Source: the human T2T-CHM13v2.0 reference genome, Homo sapiens. From it: a stretch of 64,000 nucleotides of DNA. Below, piece by piece: positions 40,942-54,869 of the stretch. The notes under the pieces were generated by a model. It saw only the letters and a program-made list of their open reading frames with translations, was not told where the DNA came from and did no database searches. The translations under genes were made by a program, and so were the position numbers. Location of the stretch: NCBI RefSeq assembly GCF_009914755.1, contig NC_060941.1. One strand, given 5' to 3'. Each line of letters opens with the position of its first letter. The stretch's first letter is position 1.

Positions 40942-42055
40942 TAGGCTAATCTCAAACTCCTGACCTCAGGTGATCCACCCACCTCAGCCTCGCAAAGTGC
41001 TGGGATTACAAGCGTGAGCCACCGCGCCCAGCGCGGTGTAAGAACAGTTCTTACAATGGATATCCACTTTGGAAAAATGAGAGGGTGGAAAGGTGTGTCC
41101 TAGTTCTGTTTCTCAAGACAGAGGCTAGATTTTTGAGCCTAGAGTCTGACTTCTGTCACCCAAGGCATTTTACACAAAGTTCCATGTACAGTACCTGCTC
41201 CAAACCAAGTGCCCTAACCAAGGGTCAGTACAGGGCAGCTCAGAAGTTAAATAAAAGCTGCTGAGGCTCCCCTGTCCCAGATTTGTCTGTTAAATCAGGT
41301 CCAGTTATGGACACCCTGTTTTGGGCAGGACTGATGGGGTCTGGCCCCACATTTTATTTATGTTTTGAGACAGGGTCTCATTGTCGCCCAGGCTGAAGCA
41401 CAGTGGCACGATCACGGCTCACTGCAGCCTCAACCTCCGGGGCTCAAGCAATCCTCCTAGCTCAACCCACTAATTTTTTTTAAATTTTAGTAGAGATGAG
41501 ATCTCATTATGTTGCCCAGCCTTGTCTTGAACTTCTGAGCTCAAGTGATCTGCCTGCCTCAGCCTCTCAAAGTGCTAGAATTATAGTTATAAGCCACCAC
41601 GCCCAGCCTCTCACTTCTTGAGACCTCAGACTTTCAAGTTTGACACTTATCTAGTCATTATTCTCAAAACTCACATGGATCCACCACCAGATGTGGCACA
41701 CACTCTTTTGAATACACTCACTGAGCATCTGACAGCATGGAATATTAATAAATGGCCTCCTTGGGTGGCTATCTTGAAAGGGATGACTCTTGAGACACGT
41801 TAGCTCTGTCTTCCTTGTTGACAGCAGTCACATGTGCTTTAAAGCATGTGCACACACAGCCCTGACTCGTGAACAGGCACCCAGGTTGAGAAGACCCCAG
41901 TAGGATGAGAGGAGCCCCGGATCATCAAAGCACTTTCTTCATTCCAATCTTTTGGAAAAAGGGCTCATGACAGAAAGATATAAGACCAGGATGGCCGGGC
42001 ACAGTGGCTCAAGTCAGTAATCCCAGCTCTTTGGGAGGCCGAGGCGGGCAGATCA

Positions 42056-42412
<357 letters not shown>

Positions 42413-42485
42413 TCACCTGAGGTCAGTTCGAGACTAGCCTAGCCAACATGGTGAAACCCCTGCTCCACTACAAATACAAAAATTA

Positions 42486-42605
<120 letters not shown>

Positions 42606-42628
42606 TCAACAACAAGAGTGAAACTCCA

Positions 42629-42929
42629 TGGAAGGAAGAAAGGAAGGGAGGGAAGGAGGAAAGGAGGGAGGAAGAGAGGGGAGGGAGGGAGGAAAGGAAG
42701 GAAGGGAGGGGAGGGAGGGAGGAAAGGAAGGGAGGGAGGAAAGGAAGGAAGGGAGGGGAGGAAGGAAGGGAGGGGAGGGAGGAAGGGAGGGGAGGGAGGA
42801 AGGAAAGGGAGGGAGGAAAGAAAGGGAAGAAGGAAAGGGAAGGAAGGGAAGAAGGAAGGGAAGGGAAGAAGGAAGGGAAGGGAAGGGAAGGGAAGGGAAA
42901 GGAAGAGAAGGGAAGGAAAGAAAGAAAGG
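42629..42929 (+). repeat. ~300-bp pure-purine (GGAA/GGAG/GGGAA)n low-complexity tract
   Basis: Only G and A over the span, in place of an Alu tail. Confidence 0.95.
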
Positions 42930-43238
42930 ATCGATTGAGCCAGTGCTCCAAAGCATTGGTCCTGAGAAGGAAGAAAGCAGAAATTCGCCTCCCATGCTTC
43001 AGGTGGGAGAGTTATAGTTCAGCGTAGCAGCTGCTTGCCCAGAGACACACAGCGCAGATGGGCAGCTCCTGTCCCAGTGTCTTCTCCACCCCTTTAAGAG
43101 ACCCTGAGGCAAGAGCTCCCTACCTGACCTGGGAACTCATGGTAACTTGGCTCTGGCTCAAACTCTGCTTTCAAGGCCCCTTCCCTGCTTTCCCCAAACC
43201 ACTTTCCCCAGAAACTGCACCACTGTTGCAACTGTTAC

Positions 43239-43300
43239 CTTGAACGTGGCAGCCACGTTGGTGAAGTTTGCGATGCTGCCTCCAATGATGAGGATCTTGC
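43239..43300 (-). CDS. ACLY: ACLY exon 10 ([20 protein letters not shown])
   Basis: cag/gtaaca, 62 nt; citrate-binding loop. Confidence 0.96.
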
Positions 43301-44031
43301 CTGGATTTGGAGTAAGAGAGAATCAAAAACAGTTACATAGGTAGACTTGAGCATCTTCCCAGCAATCCAACTGAGGAAGTTCTTGTTCCCCTGAATGAGG
43401 GTCCCCCATCTGCCAGGAGGTACTGGGGAGTGAGTAGGACAGTCTCTCCAGACATTCCACTTTATCAGCTCAACTCTCCATTACCTATGCCACCAGACAG
43501 GGGTCAGAACAAACCCACAGGAGCACTACATAACTCCTAACCAACATCCAAAAATCCAGGTTGGTTTCTAGATATCTCTGGAGGGAATCTCTCTCCCTCT
43601 CTGGCTCAAGGAAAGAAGAACTGGTATGCAGAGCTCCAAAACACAGGTGGTAAAGGGGCACTGAGACTCACAGAGGCCAGGTAATATAAGAGGGTCACTG
43701 AGTTTATTGCAATCAGAGTTTATCGCAATCGGATAAACTGAGTTTACTGCAATTGTAGCAGGAGCATGCCACAGCCACCTCCTCCCCTGCACTTGTTTGA
43801 AGGGCTTTATCACACATCGCCTCTTGCCCTCTCAGTCCCCTCCCACTGATAGATGTGGTCCCTGCCCTCTGTGCAGTCAGAGAAACTGAGAGCCAAAGTT
43901 CAATGATTAGCCTCAAGTTGCAAAGGACCACACACAGCCTTGGTGACTCCTCAGACGAAGCTGTCCCATTGCAGCCTGCTGGGCTGTCCTGGGGAAGTGG
44001 GGACAGGTATGTGTGTGTGCAAGTATCTCAC

Positions 44032-44168
44032 CATCTGGGTGCTTCTCTCGGGTCATGAGGGAGAGGATAGTCTTGGCATAGTCATAGGTCTGCTGCTCGC
44101 TGGGGGCGCCTGAGTACTCCCCATAGTTTGCCAGCTCGTTGACACCCCCTAGATCACAGATGGTATCG
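44032..44168 (-). CDS. ACLY: ACLY exon 9 (DTICDLGG...[10 protein letters not shown]...KHPD)
   Basis: cag/gtgaga, 137 nt. Confidence 0.96.
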
Positions 44169-45037
44169 CTGCCAAGGAGACAGAAGTCAGTGATGGCTCT
44201 CACACTTGGGGCAGGGAGTGGCAGCCTGGTGCCTGGGAGGACACACGGATCCCTCAAAACACTGGAGTTAGCCTGTGGAACCGGCCTCTTGGATCTCCAG
44301 CCCCCAATTCCCATGCAAGTCTGGCCTGCAGGTTAATGGTGCTACATCAGACTCTTCTGGGCAGTGCACTCTGCCAGCCCTAAGGCACTGGGGAGCCCTG
44401 GACAGACAATGGCAGGTAAAATGAACAATGAGCACCTCCCTAACACAAAGACAAGCAAAATCACACACTGCAGGAGTCCCTGACGGGCTACCCAAGAGAA
44501 AGTGTGCTGCAGCCAGAGGAAATAGTGCCAGTCACACACAGAAGGGAATGGCAGATTGCACATCTAGAAGTGAGCAGGTGTCTACCATGCTTAAAGTGAA
44601 AAAAACTGCTAATTATTGTAAAGGGTGTAGAATATGATCCTAATATTCTATAAAGCAAAGAGTATAAATATTTATATATGCTTGACAGGACATACAGTAA
44701 CTTGCTAACTGGGGTGACCTGGTCAGGGAGAGGATGGGGAAATGTCCAGGCAACTTTCACTTTCTAGCTCATTTTCTGTACCTTTGTATGGAGCACGTAA
44801 TTTTCAGAATTAAAACTCATAAAACAGCTTCATTTTGACACAAACAAGAAGGTTATAGAAGACACTGGGTGCAGGACAGGCCCTCACCAACATCCCTCGA
44901 AGCCCTCTGGGATGCCACTGCTTTCCTCTGCCCCAAATTCCCACACCAAAGTGACAGGACCCCACCCACCCAGGCTACACACATGTTGATGCTGGGTAGA
45001 CTGGGCTGGCATCCCTTCAGCAACCCCCTTCGGTCAC

Positions 45038-45156
45038 CTGTACACGACAGAGGCGCCACCCCCGGCCACCATGGTCCAGATCCTCCCTTTGGGGTTCAGC
45101 AAGGTCAGCTTCAGGCTTGCCCCACTTTTGGCATCGAGGTCTGCAATGTAGGCTTC
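45038..45156 (-). CDS. ACLY: ACLY exon 8 ([10 protein letters not shown]...AGGGASVVY)
   Basis: cag/gtgacc, 119 nt. Confidence 0.96.
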
Positions 45157-45951
45157 CTGGGGACCAGACAGCAACAGGTAGGCCCTTGGGGTACCCCCTT
45201 TACCAGGTCCCAGATCCTAGGACCCCTCCCCGCTTTCCCTGGAAGCACATGAAAAGGTGCCTTAATGGGGTGGGAAGAAGGGGCTACGCAGGGCCCCACA
45301 TGCCTTGAAGACACTTGATGGTGTCTCCAAGTACCAAAACCACCCATAGTCACAGTCACTGCCTAGGGACAAACTTCCCATCTCCCTTCTCTGACGTCAA
45401 GTACTTGGCCCTCTGCCTAAGTCCTGAGCCTAACCATGTCCCTCTGCTCAACCATGCCCTCACCCCAGCATCTGCCTGCTCGGCCCATCACACGTCCCCC
45501 CAACCCCAGGCCTCCCCAGACGAGACCGTCTCCTAGCCCAGCCTCTTCCCTGGGCCTGGGGTACTTCCCAGAAAGCCCAGTCCTGCTGTGAGGACTTCTC
45601 AGAGGACAGAGTGGGAAAGAGCAATTAAAATTCTCAGTGAGACGCGGAGAGAATGACCTTCCATCAGGATTAAGGCGAGACACTTGGAATCATGGAGAGG
45701 CAACAAATCAAGTGAAGAGTCGAGGGAGGCTGATTGAGAGAGAAATCTAAAAGGATTTCTGGCTGGGATTCAGAGGCTTGGCTCACTCCCACCCCCACCC
45801 CATTGAGGTTTTAAGAAAATTAAATGCTTCTCAGTCTTCCTTTCCCTGCCAAATAAACAGCTCATGAAGGGGGGCCAAATGCACATCAAAGATGAGTCAC
45901 CTCCCCACCGCCCTCCCCCCAGTCCCCATCTCCTCTCTAAACCAGCCTTAC

Positions 45952-46082
45952 CTCTGGATATGCCTCCCGCCCGAAGGGGGGAGGGAACTCGATGTCACCC
46001 CACTTCACTTTGCAGATGTAGTCGGCAGTGGCGTCCACCTTGGCCGCCAAGTCAAGGACATAGACTCCATCTTTGGTCACTA
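45952..46082 (-). CDS. ACLY: ACLY exon 7 ([10 protein letters not shown]...EAYPE)
   Basis: aag/gtaagg, 131 nt. Confidence 0.94.
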
Positions 46083-46991
46083 CTTCAAGGGGAGCAGAGG
46101 CAATCATCAGACACCGGCTCTGGGTAGAGACAACCACCAACCTCCAACCCCTCCACAAACACCGATCCCATGGTGGCCCATTCAGGCCTCAGAACTCTCT
46201 AAGCTCAGTAAGAAACCAGAGAGGCCCTTATGGAGACAGAGCTTTTCCCCATTAAAGGCAAAACAAATTCTACAAGGCCATTCCCCTCTCCCTGACCTAT
46301 AGGCAATGGGACATGGAGGTCTGTATTAGTTGCCATGGCAATTTTCAAACATCTTTACAAAACGCTACACTCCCTGCTTTTGAGTATCTAACCATGCGCA
46401 AACCCATGGTCCGGCCACTTTTAAAAAGTGTTTAAAGGTACATGTTGCTGACAGAAGACCCCCCACCGGTATGCACATCTATGTCTCCCAGGGTCTGGCT
46501 AGGGGAAGCCTCAGTGTCAGGTGGAGCAGGGGCCGCAGGGTGCACTGGACTCCCAATCAGCAGGATTCGTTTATACCACCTCACTGGACACCCATCTTCC
46601 TCCTCCCCCAGGGCCATTTAGCTGATTGAGTTAGCACAAGGCCATCTGGTCCATTAGAGGGGCTGCATCCTCAGCTGGAATGATTTGATTTCTCGCCTTC
46701 CTAGACTTTGCCCTGAGAAGTCCTGGCCAGAGCCAGCCCACGCCACTCTCCCTCAACACCACCTGCTTCCTTCACAGCCCAAGAGACTGAGACCAAGCTC
46801 TTCCCAGCATCAAGGGTTAATGATTGACCAACTCCCACAGAGGGAGGCAAGTGTGAGGCCTCTGAGTGTACCAGGAGGAATGAAGGGCCAAAGGGTGAGA
46901 GCAGTGCAGAGGCTGCCCACCTCCTGCTGTCAGAAAGCCTGACCTGGCGGGAGGAGCAGAAGCACACAGTCAGATCAAAACCAGGACTTCT

Positions 46992-47396
<405 letters not shown>

Positions 47397-47498
47397 TTAC
47401 CCTCTGGCAAGTGGGAGTCTGGTTCTCTGAATGCCAAGGCCAGGGCTGTCATAGGCACTGGGACCCTTGCCCCCTCCCAGCCAAGCACACCCAGTTAC

Positions 47499-47578
47499 CA
47501 AGGGGATTGATCTCGAGGTAGGTGAAGTACAAGTCCTCGTAGAAATTGAAGAGGCCGGAGATAAAACTGGCCAGAATT
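47499..47578 (-). CDS. ACLY: ACLY exon 6 (ILASFISG...LEINPL)
   Basis: tag/gtaact, 80 nt; ATP-grasp EINPL motif. Confidence 0.96.
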
Positions 47579-48019
47579 CTAGAGGTGGGAGGGAGAGAGG
47601 GACAGTTCATCCATCAGGGAGCAGCTCGGCAGCACCCCAGGCGCCCCGCAGCAATCTCTCACTGCCACCGACAGCTCCATTTCCCTAAACGCACCCCACT
47701 GGCCCTTCCATCTCCTCTGCAACCCCTGCTCCCTGGACATAGCTCTTCAGCCACTGAGGCGGAAAGGAGCTGTCAGGCGAGAAGCTGGAGGCAGAGGTGT
47801 CAGACAGACAGGGGCAAGGAGGTGAGGGATGCTGGCGGCATATTTCAGTCTGGTTCCAAGCCAGTCCCCGCCCTGCACCCAGCTGTCTTCCTCAGGACAG
47901 GGCCGTGTCTACCACCTGGCTCCCAGAGAGGAGACCGCTCTGCTCTCCCCAGTCTGTGCCCAGAGCCTGTCGGTCTTCTCATCCGAACTGCCACCTCCCT
48001 ACCGTCCCTCTCACTCAAC

Positions 48020-48210
48020 TCTTTCTTGTCTTCAGGGGCGTGGACCAACAGGTGTTTTTTGATGTCCTCAGGATTCAGTTTCTCATCCACGCCAACAAGC
48101 AGCTTCTGGGCCTTGGCGTCCACATCACCCACGTCCACACCCCCCTCGTGGTGGAACAGGACGTAGTCCCCTTCTCGGGTGGCATAGATGCAGACATAGA
48201 ACTCCTCAGC
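48020..48210 (-). CDS. ACLY: ACLY exon 5 (AEEFYVCIY...APEDKK)
   Basis: aag/gttgag, 191 nt. Confidence 0.94.
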
Positions 48211-48731
48211 CTTGCAGGTGAAGAGACAGGACAGTGGGATTGGGGTTGTGGGGGCGAAGCTGGTGAGGGGCGCTGAACTGGGGAAGATGGTCTACCATGT
48301 ACTGGGAGAGGAAACCAATCCCCACGGTCTCATTTTCTAAAACCCAGTGAAAACCATTCATCCAGAGACTTGTCCACCATCTTTTCCCCGAGGACAAGAG
48401 GAAGAAGCCTCTACCCCACTGGCTGGTGGTCCAGACTGAATCAGTATGACCAACCCCAGCTGAGGGGTGGGGCCTGCCTGCAGGTCGTTCTCATCCCTGC
48501 ACTTGGAAGTCCCCTTTGTTACCAGTCCTAACTCCTCTCTGCTGTAGACCAAGCCCTTTCCTTCCCCTCTGGACTCCCGAGTCCGCAGCACCCTCAGATC
48601 CTCAGTGCAGCTTCAGGGACCCTGGTCCCTCTGACTGTCCTCATCAGCTTGACTTCTTTCCTCAGGTTACGGTGGACAAACCCAAGGTTCCAGGAGGGAG
48701 AAGACCCAGCCTGGAGCCGCCTCACACATAC

Positions 48732-48794
48732 CTGACTGTGGGGGACGAAGGGCTCGATCAGAAAGTTCTTGAGGAAGCCTGTGGCCTTGCCAAC
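48732..48794 (-). CDS. ACLY: ACLY exon 4 ([21 protein letters not shown])
   Basis: tag/gtatgt, 63 nt. Confidence 0.96.
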
Positions 48795-50046
48795 CTACAG
48801 AAAAATTGAGGGAGATGAAACTCAGAGGGACAGCACGTCTTGCCCCTAGGGCAGAAGGAGGGACTGCACAGGGGTGGTGCCCAAGCACTCCCACCACCAC
48901 ACCCAGCAAAGAGAGATTTTTCCAGAAAAAATGGGGTCACAGATCCCTAAGCTCAGTAAGTCCTCAGGAGATGCCCTTTCACCCCTTGCTCTGGTGCGGG
49001 CTGTGCCTGAACAGGCACCGACCTTGCCCACTCTTGGCCTCCTCTGGAGGGTGACACAGGACCTGCGCAAGTGAAAGGGCTCCAACAAGTCACGGCTGTG
49101 GCAGAGCTTGACGGGGAGGGGAAACCGGGTAGAAGGGAGGTAACCATTCTGCTTCATGAGCCTTGAGGAAGGCACAGTGACTTAGCCTCAGGACATGGGT
49201 CCGGGCGCAGGGAATGGGTGGAGAAGTGGGGAGCCAGGGCTTAATCAGGGAAACTTCTCCACGCAGACTCTCCTGGCTGAGGACCACAGGCCTGCAGAGC
49301 TAATCAGTTCGAGTGATTCCCTGGCGGCGGCTGTGGCGAGACAGCCCTCATCCTAGTAAGTCCCAAAACCCCCGCCTGGCCTGTGCGTCACTGCTGAGTC
49401 AGGGACCAGACAGCAATCCATAAGAGGTAATGAGCCACTCCTGCTGGCCCAACGCTGCTGCCAGCTCAGATGTCTGATGTCCCACCTTCCCCTCCCAGAG
49501 GCCAGCAGAAGGAAGCAGGATGTGCTCCCTGGGGACATGCTCAGCATCCCTCCCTCCAATCCCACCATCCTCTCTCCAAAGGCCTGGGAACTCAAGGGAC
49601 AGGTCGCTTCACGCCTGGGTCCATGTGCAACTTCAAGGATCCCGCTTTACCCATGAGGGCCAGAAACTGGGAAATTAACATTTAAGGGCTACTCTGAGGA
49701 AGCCCAATGAGGGAGGAAGACATCTCCATCACCACCTTCATTGCTATTCTCGAGGCAGCCAAGGAAGAGAACAGCTCATCCCTGGTACAGTTTCACCCCA
49801 GATGAGCACCAGGCCCTTCAGAGCCACGTGCTCTACAGAGCCAGGTGTGGATGGCACATTCTTCCCAGGCTAGGCCAGGCCTCAGCTCCACTCCCTCCCT
49901 TAGTCCTCCAGCTCCCCTGGGGAATAAGAAGAAACATAATTTTATTCCAGGCATCTCTTACCCTTCCTAAACCATGTTTCACTTTAACTCTCTCATCTAC
50001 GTGGTTGAAATTCATCACCAAGCTGGGAGAAGTTAATAATTGAATT

Positions 50047-50638
50047 TGGGCTTGGTGGCACACATCTGTGGTTCCAGCTACATGGGAGGCTGAGGCAGGA
50101 GGATTCCCTGAGGCCAGAAGTTCGAGACCAGCCTGGGTAACATTCAAGACCCTAACTCTATAAAAAAATGTTAAAAAGCAGCCTGGATGGTGGCATGCAC
50201 CTATAGTCCCGGATACTCAGGAAGCTGAGGTGGGAGGATAACTTGAACCTGGGAAGTGGAGGCTGTAGTGAGATGTGAACATGCCACTGCACTACAGCCT
50301 TGAGTGACAGTGTGAGACCCTGTCTTAAAAAAAAATAAAGTAGGCCGGGCGCAGTGGCTCATGCCTATAATCCCAGCACTTTGGGAAGCCGAGGCAGGCA
50401 GATTACCTGAGGTCAGGAGTTCGAGACCAGCCTGGCCAACATGGAGAAACCTCGTCTCTACTAAAAATACAAAATTAGCCAAGTATGGTGCTGCATGCCT
50501 GTAATCTCAGCTACTCAGAAGGCTGGGGCTAGAAAATCGCTTGAACCCAGGAGGCGGAGGTTGCAGTGAGCCAAGATCACGCCACTGCACTCCAGCCTGG
50601 GCTACAGAGCAAGACCCTGTCAAAAAAAAAAAAAAAAA
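50047..50638 (+). mobile_element. Two tandem Alus in ACLY intron 3
   Basis: Alu consensus. Confidence 0.9.
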
Positions 50639-50929
50639 GAATCAGACCATTTCCACCTGGCTCTTGAATTATATTGAGGTTACCTCTGCAGCACATCTTG
50701 CCCAAACCAATAAAACAAAGAAGTTTGGATGATGAGGGAGCTGGGAATGGGCATCAAGACTGAGCCTACTGCTGGCAGCCACCTGAGTGGGTCAGCGCCA
50801 CAGGACTCCTGCCTTCCCTGAGCTACAATGAGACTGGCTGTGGGGGTGATCCACAGAGCTGCTGACCTGAAGGTGACCATATTTGCTTCTGTTACCACAC
50901 ACGTTCATCCTGACCCCATGCCCACTCAC

Positions 50930-51052
50930 TGTGGCTTCCTGTCCCAGCCGTGGCTTCAGCCAGGACTTGACCCCATCCAGAGTGAGGTTGACCCCAACGA
51001 GACCAAGTTTTCCACGACGTTTGATCAGCTGGTCTGGCTTGACTACCAAGTT
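50930..51052 (-). CDS. ACLY: ACLY exon 3 ([15 protein letters not shown]...QEAT)
   Basis: cag/gtgagt, 123 nt. Confidence 0.96.
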
Positions 51053-52224
51053 CTGGAACAAAAGCGGTTTGTATTTAGAGTGAGGAAGAATTAGATAAAC
51101 CGTAGTATTTTGGGGATCCAAATAGAGGACAGCAGGGATTGACTTCCCATTCACTCTGCTCCAAAGCCAGCCCTAACCATCCTTCAGAGTCAACTCCTGG
51201 ATGCTTCCTCCACCTACCCTAGCCAATATCTTGCTTTTGACAACCAGGTATCTAGAGGCATTTGTGCCCAGATGGAGCCTGGCACAGAGTAGGCGCTCAG
51301 CAAATACCTGCTGAGTGAATAAGTGATTCTCTACCCTCCCTATGTGATACATTAGCTTCTTCATTCAACAGTAAGCCCCTCAGAATATGGACCAGAACAT
51401 GTGTTCCAAAGAGGAAAACAGAGAGACAGAGCCTTGAGGCAGCAAGGAACCTTAGAGGTCATCTGGTCAACCCCATCCCTGTGCTTGAACCCTGTCTACA
51501 ACAGGCCCAATAAGCAGCCCCTAACCACTGCTCATACATCTCCAGGGCCAGGAAACTCCCTCCATCCCTTTGTGGTTGAGCTGCCTCCTAGTGGGAAGAA
51601 ACACCACCACTAGTCCTAGGCTTACTCTCTGAGCCCTGCCAAGGAAATCTAAGAGCTTTCTAACAATGGCCCTGCAAAGATCTCAAGAACAGAGCCCTCT
51701 ATTCCAGGCTGACCCTCCAGGGTCGGGGCCATTCTTCACAAAGTACAACATCACACTTCCTAATTGCCTTGATACATTCCTGATATACTCCACTTAGGGG
51801 AGGAGAGGGCACATCCCTACTTTTTACTGAGCATCTACCATGTGCCAGGCACCAAGCACGCTAAATGCTTCTTGCTAATCTTTACAGCTCAAAGTGAGTA
51901 TTATCCCATTGGAGAGATGGGGAATCTAAAACTCAAAAGAGGTGAAATGGCTTGCCCCAGGCCACATGGTTAATAAACACAGCTTTGATTTGGACACCAG
52001 TTTGTCCAGTTTCAAGCCCATGGCAGGGTATACCATGCTGGGGTACCTCAACATGCAGGGCTCAGCATGAACACAAACCCTGCTCAGCCCATGGCATGCT
52101 TCCCACAGCTGCTGCTGGCAGCCTCCAACCCCATGACCCTATCGGCATCACCAACAAACCAATGGCTTTCTCTTCCTCAGACCCCGGGCCTGGAAGAAAG
52201 GCCCAAAGTGGAGGCAGGGCTCAC

Positions 52225-52383
52225 CTGGCTGAGCAGCCAGGGGTGGTCCTGCAGCAAGCGGGCCCAGTCTGTGTCAGGAGTGACCCGAGCATACTTGAAC
52301 CGATTCTGGATGGCTGAGGTGGTACAGATGAACTTGTAAAGGAGTTCTTTGCCCGTCTGCTCTGAAATTGCCTTGGCCGACAT
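52225..52383 (-). CDS. ACLY: ACLY exon 2 coding part with canonical start (MSAKAISEQ...WLLSQ)
   Basis: gcagccATGT start, donor CAG|gtgagc; exon begins at 52406 (or 52410). Confidence 0.97.
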
Positions 52384-54869
52384 GGCTGCAGAGAGACCTG
52401 CTCTACCTGTCTGGGAGAGAGAAGCTGGTCAGAAGGGGGCAGGCGTGTGGAGGCACTATCTTCCCCAGCAGGGCAGACCCACTCCCAGTTGCCCCCAGAC
52501 AATAAAACCAGATCTCAGCTTTTCTCAAGAGGAAGGAAAAAATGCTGTCCCAGCGGGAGGGATGGAAGAGAGATATCAAGCAGCACTTTTGCCAGCAGAG
52601 GAAGAAGATCCAGAGATAATGGGTGAGGGAAGATAGAGAAAAACAAAAGTGCCATTTCCCCTGGGACTCTTGCCTTACCCTGCCCCATTCCCTCTAGGCA
52701 AACTAGCTGATCCACAACCACACTCATCCTGGAGCAAAAGGCAGCTGGCTAGAAGGCCAAGAAAACCGGTGCTTTGACCCAAATCTGAGTGCTGGTCCCA
52801 TCTGAGGTGGGCAGACACTGAAACACCTTTCTGTTCTCTGACCAGTGCAGAGTACGGCTGAAATTGCAAAAGGCTAGCCTTTCTCTCCCTACAGGTTTCA
52901 TCTCCCCCACACCCAGATTTACCCCTATACACACCCTTACACACCACCGGGCCAATGGCCAAGCCAGCAAGTTTACTTAGCCTCAAAAAGGGTCACACCC
53001 CCAGGTCCTGGTTAGAAGGGGAGTAGGGGAGGGGGGAGGATCATCGCTAAGCTCTTTTCTCCTCTTTTCTCCTGGACACTAGCCTCCCAATCCTGAGTAT
53101 GGAGCAGACACAGGGCAGGGAAACCGACCTTTAGCACATTCCACCCGCCCCACTGCGTCATCCAGCTGCTAATTTAGAGCAAAACTCACTAAGAAGAACA
53201 GATGCCTCTCTGGGGACCACCCTGTAGTGGTCACTTCTAACTGGGGCGGACTGAGAGGAGGAGGAGGAAGAGGCAGAAACCATCCTCCATCACATGTATA
53301 GGAAAACTCATCTTGGAGTTCGAGGCTACAGTGAGCTATGATTGCACCGCTGCACTGTAGCCTGGGTGTCAGAACAAGACCTTGTGTCTAAAAAAAGATA
53401 AAAAGAAACTCATCTCATATGAGCTCTGGGAGGTACACTGAGATTTATAACCCCATTTCTTAGATGAGGAATAAAATCTCAGAGGCGTTAGGATAACTTG
53501 CCCAAGAAGCCCACCTAATAATAAGCAAGGTTATGACCCAAGACTCGAACCCAAACCCTCTTACACCTAGGTCCCCAGAAAAATCCACACCAGCCCAAGA
53601 AAAGACCATTTTTCCAAGAGCCAGGCCCATGTGTCCTTTTCACTTCAAAGAGTCTATGATAAGAATTTCATCATCTCCCCTCTCCAAGACTCTGTCCTGA
53701 TACACCCATTCTCCTGTGGGTAACTCAAGGACTGAGCTGGGGAGGGGAATCGGGGGAGGTGGGCATGGAAATTCAGGCCAAGAGCTTGGCCGGATCAGGA
53801 AAAGTCACTCCTGACTCCCCCAAAGCCCAGAAGCAAAGCTGTTTAATTTGCTGGGGGAGAAAAAAGTCAAGTACAAATAAAGGAGGGCAGAGTGAAGGAG
53901 CCGGCTTGTTTACACGTGCTGGAAGTTGGGTCTCCGTTCCCAACTCAGAGAAGGCCAACATTCCAGGGGCTACATTGCGCCCCCTCCCAATCGGCCAGGC
54001 TGGTGGGGCTTCAGGTTCTCATCCTGGCTTGGCTGCCTCTGTCGGCCTCCTAGCTAGTATCCAGCATGGCACAATGGGTGTATTCAGCCTGGTGTCTGCC
54101 TAAAGTGGGGTAGCTGGGAAGGGGCTCAGAGATGTTCCCTTTTCTGGCCTTCCCCTGGAATGACTTGAGATTCCTTCTCAGTATGAGTTTCCAGAGACGT
54201 CCCAACCACCTCACTGCCCCACGGTCCTCCACCCCCCACCCACTGCTCCATTTCCCAATATTTTTGACTCAGACCAGAAAAACTGGTCCTCAGATTGAAT
54301 GGGTACAGCCCCCACCCCCTTCCAAAGAGAGTGCAGCCCAGGGCAGATCAAGGAACACTCAGAGAGGAGGGGGCAGTGGCTGACCATCCTCAGCAATTCA
54401 GACTCCTTCCATAACTCCAGGGGAAAGGAAGTCCCTGGGCTATGCCTCTCTAGAAGAAAGAAGTCTGAGACTCCCAGTAAAACAGTCCCCTGAACCTGGC
54501 ACCTCCAAAACAGACACAAGACCCAACTTTGGAAAGGACAAGGGAGAAAAAATGGACCCCTGCAGCTGAGAAATCACAGTTTTCTTGAGACCCAGATCAA
54601 ATTTCAGGTCCAAGAGCCCATCTCCATAGGGTCTTTGGAAGGGGGATAGGAGAGAAGACACAATGGGATAATACAGGATAGAAAACAAGAGATTTGCCAC
54701 TAGAGCATTCTGGCTTAGAGACGGGAGGTTGAGACAAGGAATGTATACAACATAATAAAAATAAGGCCTCTGCAAATTCACCAATAAAGAGAAGGCAAAT
54801 GGCTCACAAACCCAGGGAGTGGACTCAGTAGAGATAAATCGCAACTTTAGTGGTTCAGTGAGGTCTTCT

